Assembly (NCBI GenBank): GCA_038087875.1
Contig: CM075999.1
Span: forward strand, 808,001 to 872,000
DNA length: 64,000 bases
From: Malacoraja senta
Lineage: Eukaryota
Reading direction: 5' to 3'
In this document: positions 1 to 12,300 of the stretch, piece by piece
Layout: every line of letters begins with the position of its first letter
Numbering within the stretch: the first letter of the stretch is position 1
The notes under the pieces: model-generated
The model's input: only the letters and a program-made list of their open reading frames with translations
What the model was told of the DNA's origin: nothing
Database searches by the model: none
Position numbers and translations under genes: made by a program

Positions 1-328
1 ACAAGGCACCAGAGTGCATGCAAACTGCACCTTCACAAATGACTCTGATCCCAAGGATATTAACAGGGTTAGATTGTACCGTGTGTTCAGAGACCTGTCT
101 GAAGGCATCGCCATTCTAGGACCATATTCACTGGATAGTAACAGCCTCTATGTGAACGGTATGTATCACTGAAATGAGGATTTACTTCTGATCAAATTTA
201 TTGGATTCGAGTGAACGTTCAGAAAATGTCATAATCTATAAATTTCCCATATTTTATGTTAACATTTCACCAGATACATAATTATTCTTTTAATCTTTCA
301 GGTTACAATGAACCATCACCTACAACCA
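1..328 (+). CDS. Partial SEA module: exon C <1-158 and linker micro-exon D 302-328
   Basis: QGTRVHANCTFTNDSDPKDINRVRLYRVFRDLSEGIAILGPYSLDSNSLYVN-G|gtatgt; cag|GYNEPSPTT|gtgagt (27 nt). Confidence 0.9.
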
Positions 329-3300
329 GTGAGTACTGTTTTGAATTTAATATTTCACTAAAATTTCCTTTTGTTGCAGTGGATAACAACAGTGAATATA
401 TTTGCCAAACGTTCACTAAATAATGTCAGATGTGGTCTCCGTATTAGTGATGTTAACACAGCAAGTGTATGACAATGGAAAGTGGATGAGATGTGACCAT
501 CCTATCATCATTAATGTTTTCATCTCCCCTGCTGGCCATACATTCCATCAGGCTCCACCCAAAATACCAATGTACCAATCTTTGCTTCATTGTAAATGAT
601 AATCATAGACCGTTAGTGTCATGATGGCTACAGCACAGAAATTGGCTCTTTGGATCGTGGATTCTGTGCCAATGGCAAACTACCCCTTTATGCTAATCCT
701 ATATTAATCACATTTTTTATTCTCCCTTCATCAAAAGTAATTCACATTATTCCCTTCATCATGTATTTGTTCACTGTGGATGGCATGATTGTAATCATGT
801 ATAGTATTTCCGCTGACTGGTTAGCATGTAACAAAAGCTTTCACTTTACAATTTTCACTTTTCACTTTTCACATGACAAAAAACAACTCAAACTCAAACT
901 CAAACTCATCCACTTCAACTGGACCAACGTCCTCTCATTGACCTACTTACTTGGGTCATTTTACAGTGGCCATAGATCTTAGACCTATGCATTATTCACT
1001 TATGTGTAACACTCTTTCCCTTCTTTACACCAAGTGTTAACAATAATTCAACAAAAAGCTTTTTTTTATTTGATTGTTTAATCATTTTGCGCAATTTCTT
1101 AACAGCAATATCACCAATACAGACCACAACTCCAAATATGCAACCAAATCCCCTTGATTTTAACGTGACCTTCGTTGCAACTAACCTGGCCTCAGCAGCA
1201 GATTTACAAGATCCCAATTCAGCATTGTTCAACTCTGCAGCAAGTGTTATTGTTTTGCAGGTCAGTTGACAAATTACTGATTGATTTAATTAATTCATTA
1301 CTCATGGTTCAGAGAGTCTAATACTCTAACCATTGCCTTTTTACAGCTGAACCAACTGTTTCGCAGAAGTAATGTTAACAAAACCTTCTCCAGCTGCAGA
1401 GTTCTCTCATTCAGGTAAGGAAAACTAAGATTCATCCGAGTCAGTATTTGCATCAACACCACGTGCGACCTCAGAAAAGCACATGTAACTGCAAGTGCAT
1501 CAACATTTCCTAAATGGTAACTCTGATGGAAAAATGGCAAGCTCATATTTAGTCTTGTTTTTTGGAAAAATAATTCCCAAACCAATATTTGTGGATTTCT
1601 AGGGAGTTTCACAACGTCCATGGTGGTGCATCCCAAGTCCTTCATGTGCCATGGACATAATGATGTGTAGGTTCATGTACATGCACTGGTGCACCAGAAA
1701 ATCAGAAGGTGGCTTTCAGATTCTAGACAACTCCCGCATCATGCAGATATTGTGGTCGACTCATGTAAATGTTGCCACCGACTGCTTCCAAGGTCTGCTT
1801 TAGCATTGGTTTGAGAGGAAACAGATCCAGGCCATGGATTGCAGTTGTGAAAACCCATCTCTGATGGGCTCTGATGTACTGTTGATTCCCAATATCATAG
1901 CTCATCCCTTTCCCAATGTATTGATTTTTGTACTAAAATAATACCTCAGGAATCAATAATTGCACAGAAACAGTCAACAGAGGAAATATTTATTTTATTT
2001 TGTAAATTGAATGCCATATCCCCGTCTACATTTATTCTGGCAAATGACATACATATTATGTGCTTGAGTATATAAATAATTTCTATTCCCCAACGTTTCA
2101 ATCAATGGTTTCTATTCCCAAACTGTATGACATCTTAAGTCAAGCAGATTTACTCAATTACCTCTGCATCTATTCCACAGCCCCGCAGCTGTACAAGGCA
2201 CCAGAGTGCATGCAAACTGCACCTTCACAAATGACTCTGATCCCAAGGATATTAACAGGGTTAGATTGTACCGTGTGTTCAGAGACCTGTCTGAAGGCAT
2301 CGCCATTCTAGGACCATATTCACTGGATAGTAACAGCCTCTATGTGAACGGTATGTATCACTGAAATGAGGATTTACTTCTGATCAAATTTATTGGATTC
2401 GAGTGAACGTTCAGAAAATGTCATAATCTATCAATTTCCCATATTTTATGTTAACATTTCACCAGATACATAATTATTCTTTTAATCTTTCAGGTTACAA
2501 TGAACCATCACCTACCCGTGAGTACTGTTTTGAATTTAATATTTCACTAACATTTCCTTTTGTTGCAGTGGATAACAACAGTGAATATATTTGCCAAACG
2601 TTCATTAAATAATGTCAGATGTGGTCTCCGTATTAGTGATGTTAACACAACAAGTGTATGACAATGGAAAGTGGATGAGATGTGACCATCCTATCATCAT
2701 TAATGTTTTCATCTCCACTGCTGGCCATACATTCCATCAGGCTCCACCCAAAATACCAATGTACCAATGTTTGCTTCATTGTAAATGATAATCATAGACC
2801 GTTAGTGTCATGATGGCTACAGCACATAAATTGGCTCTTTGGATCGTGGATTCTGTGCCAATGGCAAACTACCCCTTTATGCTAATCCTATATTAATCAC
2901 ATTTTTTATTCTCCCTTCATCAAAAGTAATTCTCATTATTCCCTTCATCATGTATTTGTTCACTGTGGATGGCATGATTGTAATCCGCTGACTGGTTAGC
3001 ATGCAACAAAAGCTTTCACTTTACAATTTTCACTTTTCACTTTTCACATGACAAAAAACTAAACTCAAACTCAAACTCATCCACTTCAACTGGACCAACG
3101 TCCTCTCATTGACCTACTTACTTGGGTCATTTTACAGTGGCCATAGATCTTAGACCTATGCATTATTCATTTATGTGTAACACTCTTTCCCTTCTTTAAT
3201 CCAAGTGTTAACAATAATTCAACAAAAAGCTTTTTTTTATTTGATTGTTTAATCATTTTGCGCAATTTCTTAACAGCAATATCACCAATACAGACCACAA

Positions 3301-6300
3301 CTCCAAATATGCAACCAAATCCCCTTGATTTTAACGTGACCTTCGTTGCAACTAACCTGGCCTCAGTAGCAGATTTGCAAGATCCCAATTCAGCATTGTT
3401 CAACTCTGCAGCAAGTGTTATTGTTTTGCAGGTCAGTTGACAAATTATTGATTGATTTAATTAATTCATTACTCATGGTTCAGAGAGTCTAATACTCTAA
3501 CCATTGCCTTTTTACAGCTGAACCAACTGTTTCGCAGAAGTAATGTTAACAAAACCTTCTCCAGCTGCAGAGTTCTCTCATTCAGGTAAGGAAAACTAAG
3601 CTTCATCCGAGTCAGTATTTGCATCAACACCACGTGCGACCTCAGAAAAGCACATGTAACTGCAAGTGCATCAACATTTCCAAAATGGTAACTCTGATGG
3701 AAAAATGGCAAGCTTATATTTAGACTTGTTTTTCGGAAAAATAATTCCCAAACCAATATTTGTGGATTTCTAGGGAGTTTCACAACGTCCATGGTGGTGC
3801 ATCCCAAGTCCTTCATGTGCCATGGACATAATGATGTGTAGGTTCATGGACATGCACTGGTGCACCAGAAAATCAGAAGGTGGCTTTCAGATTCTAGACA
3901 ACTCCCGCATCATGCAGATATTGTCGTCGACTCATGTAAATGTTGCCACCGACTGCTTCCAAGGTCTGCTTTAGCATTGGTTTGAGAGGAAACAGATCCA
4001 GGCCATGGATTGCAGTTGTGAAAACCCATCTCTGATGGGCTCTGATGTACTGTTGATTCTCAATATCATAGCTCATCCCTTTCCCAATGTATTGATTTTT
4101 GTACTAAAATAATACCTCAGGAATCAATAATTGCACAGAAACAGTCAACAGAGGAAATATTTATTTTATTTTGTAAATTGAATGCCATATCCCCGTCTAC
4201 ATTTATTCTGGCAAATGACATACATATTATGTGCTTGAGTATATAAATAATTTCTATTCCCCAACATTTCAATCAATGGTTTCTATTCCCAAACTGTATG
4301 ACATCTTAAGTCAAGCAGATTTACTCAATTACCTCTGCATCTATTCCACAGCCCCGCAGCTGTACAAGGCACCAGAGTGCATGCAAACTGCACCTTCACA
4401 AATGACTCTGATCCCAAGGATATTAACAGGGTTAGATTGTACCGTGTGTTCAGAGACCTGTCTGAAGGCATCGCCATTCTAGGACCATATTCACTGGATA
4501 GTAACAGCCTCTATGTGAACGGTATGTATCACTGAAATGAGGATTTACTTCTGATCAAATTTATTGGATTCGAGTGAACGTTCAGAAAATGTCATAATCT
4601 ATCAATTTCCCATATTTTATGTTAACATTTCACCAGATACATAATTATTCTTTTAATCTTTCAGGTTACAATGAACCATCACCTACAACCAGTGAGTACT
4701 GTTTTGAATTTAATATTTCACTAACATTTCCTTTTGTTGCAGTGGATAACAACAGTGAATATATTTGCCAACCGTTCACTAAATAATGTCAGATGTGGTC
4801 TCCGTATTAGTGATGTTAACACAGCAAGTGTATGACAATGGAAAGTGGATGAGATGTGACCATCCTATCATCATTAATGTTTTCATCTCCACTGCTGGCC
4901 ATACATTCCATCAGGCTCCACCCAAAATACCAATGTACCAATCTTTGCTTCATTGTAAATGATAATCATAGACCGTTAGTGTCATGATGGCTACAGCACA
5001 GAAATTGGCTCTTTGGATCGTGGATTCTGTGCCAATGGCAAACTACCCCTTTATGCTAATCCTATATTAATCACATTTTTTATTCTCCCTTCATCAAAAG
5101 TAATTCACATTATTCCCTTCATCATGTATTTGTTCACTGTGGATGGCATGATTGTAATCATGTATAGTATTTCCGCTGACTGGTTAGCATGTAACAAAAG
5201 CTTTCACTTTACAATTTTCACTTTTCACTTTTCACATGACAAAAAACAACTCAAACTCAAACTCAAACTCATCCACTTCAACTGGACCAACGTCCTCTCA
5301 TTGACCTACTTACTTGGGTCATTTTACAGTGGCCATAGATCTTAGACCTATGCATTATTCACTTATGTGTAACACTCTTTCCCTTCTTTACACCAAGTGT
5401 TAACAATAATTCAACAAAAAGCTTTTTTTTATTTGATTGTTTAATCATTTTGCGCAATTTCTTAACAGCAATATCACCAATACAGACCACAACTCCAAAT
5501 ATGCAACCAAATCCCCTTGATTTTAACGTGACCTTCGTTGCAACTAACCTGGCCTCAGCAGCAGATTTACAAGATCCCAATTCAGCATTGTTCAACTCTG
5601 CAGCAAGTGTTATTGTTTTGCAGGTCAGTTGACAAATTACTGATTGATTTAATTAATTCATTACTGATGGTTCAGATAGTCTGATACCCTAACCATTGTT
5701 TTTTTACAGCTGAACCAACTGTTTCGCAGAAGTAATGTTAACAAAACCTTCTCCAGCTGCAGAGTTCTCTCATTCAGGTAAGGAAAACTAAGATTCATCC
5801 GAGTCAGTATTTGCATCAACACCACGTGCGACCTCAGAAAAGCACATGTAACTGCAAGTGCATCAACATTTCCTAAATGGTAACTCTGATGGAAAAATGG
5901 CAAGCTCATATTTAGACTTGTTTTTCGGAAAAATAATTCCCAAACCAATATTTGTGGATTTCTAGGGAGTTTCACAACGTCCATGGTGGTGCATCCCAAG
6001 TCCTTCATGTGCCATGGACATAATGATGTGTAGGTTCATGGACATGCACTGGTGCACCAGAAAATCAGAAGGTGGCTTTCAGATACTAGACAACTCCCGC
6101 ATCATGCAGATATTGTGGTCGACTCATGTAAATGTTGCCACCGACTGCTTCCAAGGTCTGCTTTAGCATTGGTTTGAGAGGAAACAGATCCAGGCCATGG
6201 ATTGCAGTTGTGAAAACCCATCTCTGATGGGCTCTGATGTACTGTTGATTCCCAATATCATAGCTCATCCCATTCCCAATGTATTGATTTTTGTACTAAA

Positions 6301-9300
6301 ATAATACCTCAGGAATCAATAATTGCACAGAAACAGTCAACAGAGGAAATATTTATTTTATTTTGTAAATTGAATGCCATATCCCCGTCTACATTTATTC
6401 TGGCAAATGACATACATATTATGTGCTTGAGTATATAAATAATTTCTATTCCCCAACGTTTCAATCAATGGTTTCTATTCCCAAACTGTATGACATCTTA
6501 AGTCATGCTGATTTACTCAATTACCTCTGCATCTATTCCACAGCCCCGCAGCTGTACAAGGCACCAGAGTGCATGCAAACTGCACCTTCACAAATGACTC
6601 TGATCCCAAGGATATTAACAGGGTTAGATTGTACCGTGTGTTCAGTGACCTGTCTGAAGGCATCGCCATTCTAGGACCATATTCACTGGATAGTAACAGC
6701 CTCTATGTGAACGGTATGTATCACTGAAATGAGGATTTACTTCTGATCAAATTTATTGGATTCGAGTGAACGTTCAGAAAATGTCATAATCTATCAATTT
6801 CCCATATTTTATGTTAACATTTCACCAGATACATAATTATTCTTTTAATCTTTCAGGTTACAATGAACCATCACCTACAACCAGTGAGTACTGTTTTGAA
6901 TTTAATATTTCACTAAAATTTCCTTTTGTTGCAGTGGATAACAACAGTGAATATATTTGCCAAACGTTCACTAAATAATGTCAGATGTGGTCTCCGTATT
7001 AGTGATGTTAACACAGCAAGTGTATGACAATGGAAAGTGGATGAGATGTGACCATCCTATCATCATTAATGTTTTCATCTCCCCTGCTGGCCATACATTC
7101 CATCAGGCTCCACCCAAAATACTAATGTACCAATCTTTGCTTCATTATAAATGATAATCATAGACCGTTAGTGTCATGATGGCTACAGCACAGAAATTGG
7201 CTCTTTGGATCGTGGATTCTGTGCCAATGGCAAACTACCCCTTTATGCTAATCGTATATTAATCACATTTTTTTTTCTCCCTTCATCAAAAGTAATTCAC
7301 ATTATTCCCTTCATCATGTATTTGTTCACTGTGGATGGCATGATTGTAATCATGTATAGTATTTCCGCTGACTGGTTAGCATGCAACAAAAGCTTTCACT
7401 TTACAATTTTCACTTTTCACTTTTCACATGACAAAAAACTAAACTCAAACTCAAACTCATCCACTTCAACTGGACCAACGTCCTCTCATAAACCTACTTA
7501 CTTGGGTCATTTTACAATGGCCATAGATCTTAGACCTATGCCTTATTCATTTATGTGTAACACTCTTTTCCTTCTTTACACCAAGTGTTAACAATAATTC
7601 AACAAAAAGCTTTTTTTAATTTGATTGTTTAATCATTTTGCGCAATTTCTTAACAGCAATATCACCAATACAGACCACAACTCCAAATATGCAACCAAAT
7701 CCCCTTGATTTTAACGTAACCTTCGTTGCAACTAACCTGGCCTCAGCAGCAGATTTACAAGATCCCAATTCAGCATTGTTCAACTCTGCAGCAAGTGTTA
7801 TTGTTTTGCAGGTCAGTTGACAAATTACTGATTGATTTAATTAATTCATTACTCATGGTTCAGATAGTCTGATACCCTAACCATTGTTTTTTTACAGCTG
7901 AACCAACTGTTTAGCAGCAGTAATGTTAACAAAACCTTCTCCAGCTGCAGAGTTCTCTCATTCAGGTAAGGAAAACTAAGAATCATCCTGGTCTGTGTCT
8001 GCTGCATTTGACCTCAATAAAAGTACACATGTTTAAATCTTAAATCTTAAATCATGCAGATATAGACATAAAAAGTTGGAGTAACTCAGCGGAACAGGCA
8101 GCATCTCTGGAGATAATGAATGGACGACGTTTGGGCTTGAGTCCCTTCTTCCGACTGGTTGGGGATAAGGGAAATGAGAGATATAGACAATGATGTGGAG
8201 AGATAAAGAACAATGAATAAAAGATATGCAAAAAAGTAACGATGATAAAGGAAACAGGACATTGTTAGCAGTTTGTATGGTTAAAACCAGAAGCTAGTGC
8301 GACTTGGGTGGGGGAGAGATAGGGAGAGGGAATGCTAGGTCTACCTGAAGTGAGATATATCAATAATCCTACCTCTGGGCTGTAAGCTGCCTAAGCGAAA
8401 TATGAGATGCTGTTCCTCCAATTTGCTTTTAGCCTCACTGACAATGGAGCAGACCTAGGACAGAAAAGTCAGTGTGGCAAAGGGAAGGAGAATTAAAGTG
8501 TCTGGCGATCAGGTGGGTTCAGGCGGGCTGAGCGAAGGTGTTCCGCAAAACGATCGCCCAGTCTATGTTTGGTCGCCGATGTATAAGGGTCCACATCTTG
8601 AACAACGGTTACAGTAGATGAGGTTGGAGGAGGTGCAAGTGAACCACTGCCTAACCTTAAAAGGATTGTTGGGGTTCCTGGACTGTCCGGCCTCAGGGTG
8701 GAGGTATAGTGACAGCTGTTGCATCATCTGCGGTTGCAGGGGAAGGTACATGGGGAGGAGGTGGTTTGGGTGGGAAGGGATGAGTTAACCAGGGAGTAGC
8801 GGATGTATTAAATTGCCTCTGCATCTACCCCACAGCCCCTCAGCTGTACAAGGCACAAGAGTGCATGCAAACTGCACCTTCAGAAATGACTCTGATCCCC
8901 AGGATGTTAACAGGGTTAGATTGTACCGTGTATTCAGAGACCTGTCTAATGGCATCACCGCTTTAGGACCATATTCATTGGACAGCAACAGCCTCTATGT
9001 GAACGGTATGTACCAAAGAAAGGAGGATTTTCTGCTAATCGGATTCATTACATTAGAGTGAACAAGTTCAGAAAATTTTGTTAAATCAAATAACTTTGTT
9101 CCCTTATTTAATGTTGACTTTTCACCGGATGTGTAAATATTCTTTCTTTTTTCAGGTTACCACGAACCACGTACAACCAGTGAGTACTGTTTCTAATTCT
9201 ATATGTCACTTAAATTTCCTTTTATTGTAGTGGATAACAACAGTGAATATTCTTTACCAAACATTCACCACATATTGTCAGATGTCGCCTCCATATTAGT

Positions 9301-12300
9301 GATGCAGTGGCGACTAGTGAGTAACAATGGAAAGTGGATGAGGCGTGACCATCCCATTGCCTGTGGGCATTGATACCATTTTAAATTGTATTAAAAGGGA
9401 GCATTTTGTGCATTTTCCCAGTGAGATCAATGCATTTCTGGGATTGCAAAATAATCAGACACACTGGAATTCATTACTTTTTAGAGCAGTAGATGGGACT
9501 ATTCTTCATTGGGCATGGCTCCAATTTGTTCAACTTTTGAAATGCACGCTGCATACATAGGAAAATCTCTTTTAATTTGTCATCATCCTTCTTTGTGCAA
9601 GGTTAATATTTTAAACTTCAATTTACTTTGTTTCTCTTTCTCCTGTAGTGGAACCACCTATAGTACCAGTTACGGTTAAACCAGTTGAAGAAGTGAATGG
9701 AAACCTATTCAACGTCACCTTCAATGTGCTCACGCTGCCATTCACACCAAGTCTACAAAATATCAGTTCCCCAGCCTATGTCATCGAATCAGCAGCCATT
9801 ATTGATGAGGTAAAAAATATATTATTTATGATTAGGATAGAGAATATTACACTTCATTATACTTTACATACTAAAATGACAATTTTAATTTTCAACAGCT
9901 GAATAATCTGTTTGCCAATAGCAGAGTAAATTCAACATTTTCAAGATGTCCGTCTGTATCTTTCCGGTAAGAAATTAGTTATTTCTTTGAAAATTCCAAG
10001 ATAACACGAATGCAAACCTTTTTTTAATGCTCAAATAGTCTGCGTATATTAAATAATACTAAATAGCAAGTCATGGTAAGAAAATTCGACTCTCCTTTTT
10101 ATAGTCTGGTGTTTGCACCAGTCATGGACTAGTTTACCTACAATAACTGATAAATTATTGTAAATATTATTTTGTATCTAATGTACCTGTGGCATGTAAG
10201 AGTTTCATTGTTTTGGTTCATTTGTGGTGCTTATGATAAATAAACAATCTGGACAATCTGAGGAGTTGATTTTGTCACTGTATTGTCACACTTGTGCTGT
10301 TTTGGATCTTGTTGGTTATTGACATTTCTGTGTCAAATAGCTGGTATGTAGACATTGAAATAACTTTAATTTGGGGCTTCATGGAAACAGGCCTTTCTGC
10401 TTAAGTTCAGGTCAACAATTGATCACCCGTTAAACTTTAGCTCTATGTTATCCCACTTTCTCATTCACTTCCCACACATTAAGCAAAATTTATAGAGGCC
10501 AACTAACCTACAAACACGCACGTCTTAAGCATGTGGGAGGAAACCAGAGCAACTGGAGGATACCCATGCAGTCACTGGGAGAATGTGCAAACTCCACTCA
10601 GAGAGCGCTCGTGGACAGGATTGAACCCGGATCTCTGACACAGAGACAGCTGCACCACTGAGCCACTCTTTCCCCAGGATACCTTAGGTCCAGAATAGGA
10701 TGTTTGGAAGGTAACAGGCAGTGATACCAGGCTTGTGGATTGGCCCAACAAGCTCTGGCACAATATGTTTCATAATTTTAGCGGAGAAAAATAATTATAC
10801 GGAAAACTGAAAGTGTTGCAAATATTCAGTAGGGCAGACAGCATCTATGACAGAAACAAATCTTTAACTGTTCATGATATAAATCTATCCATTAAATTAA
10901 TATGTCTTTCTAGCATTAACAATTGCTACAATTAACAATAATAGCAATTGTTAATGCAAGAAACAATTAACAATAAGCATCAATTATTTGGTATTAGGAT
11001 GAAAAGATTAAAACAAATTAACCACCTGCTCTTTGTCCATGCTAGACCTGCAAGTGACGGAAAAACTACAACAGTGGAGGCAATCTGTGTCTTCAAATTC
11101 CTAACTTCAGGCCAACAAGTTGATGAAGTTCAAATTTACCATGAATTTCAGAACAACACAGAAGACATCACTACCTTGGGATCATATTCATTGGACAACA
11201 ACAGCCTGTTTGTGAATGGTATATATTCATAGTCATTAAATATCTATTGTTCTTTTAACACTGTTACCTAATAAAATGTTAATGTCTATGTATTCTCTCA
11301 CCAAAACTGTTACTTTAAAACAATCTTTTTCTTGTGATGGTCTACTCTAGTTCACTCTTACCCCTAGTAAAGGGGTTGTCTGTCTCTCTCCAACTACTGC
11401 CTCTGGTCTACTCCTCGTCTGCTGCTTCTCCCAGTCTGTTGCCTGTCCCTCTCCATTTCCTCCCTATCGCTCCCAGTCACAGTCCTGGTTTCTAAGGCTG
11501 AGATAAAGAGGAATTTCCTCACAAAGAAGGGTTGCAAACCTCTGGCACTGTTCGATTAAGGACAGGAATTAATAGATATTTGGGTACTGCATGAGATTGG
11601 GTATAGAGTAGAGTTGACACAAATCACCAGCTGACTTACTGAACGGCGGCGTAGGCTCCATGGATAACTGGTTAGCTCCTCTTCATCCCCTCCGTTCATG
11701 GCCGCCTGGCCTATCCATTTCTCTAGCTCATGATCAGCCAGTTCATGCACCCTCATTTCAGGTCTGCTACACATATTCACGTCTTTAGCAATGGTCCCAT
11801 GACCTGCTTTGGTGTGACTCTGCGAATCACTGTCTACATCAACCTCATAACCTATGACAACTGACTTTTAATAACTGTCATTTTTACCAAATGTATTTGG
11901 TTTTTGTTATAGGTTACCATGAGTCAGCAGCTTTAACCAGTAAGTATGATCCTTTATTTCCCTTTGGTTAATATTGTCATAACAAAAATAAAACTGAATT
12001 TAGATAATACTTCTTAACAAATGTAAAACTGAACTAGTCAGACAAATAATTTCACAAGGCCAGTCTGAGAGAATAATCGAATTCTTTGTGTTGTAGATAT
12101 GGTGAAATTATAAACTTATTCTTTGGAAATTTGCTTAGATTCTTATAGCAATCAAACAGAACAATTATTCTTTATAATCCAGTTTACAAATGGACCATCC
12201 CATTGCTATTAATGGTTTCACTACCACTGCTGGCCATACAGTACATCCTGCTCCACCCAACATACCAATGTACCAATTACTTACGTCATTGGAAATTAAA

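Larger units (their letters stand above)
1..7990 (+). repeat. Tandem array 1, ~2.19 kb unit (periods 2192, 2171, 2192, 2188), about 3.6 copies visible, continuing off the left edge
   Basis: Exons and introns are near-identical between copies; ORF-track entries recur at these offsets. Confidence 0.95.

Noticed and set aside
650..982. 110 aa ORF repeated at 5013 and 7205
   Set aside because: Intronic; overlaps a LINE-tail-like piece with (aaactc)n; disrupted in copy 2 and frameshifted in copy 4
996..1905. Minus-strand ORFs recurring in each repeat unit
   Set aside because: Antisense shadows of exons or introns; they recur only because of the tandem duplication
2060..2311. 83 aa + strand ORF overlapping exon C
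   Set aside because: Wrong frame; the SEA frame is fixed by the phase-2 splice from exon B
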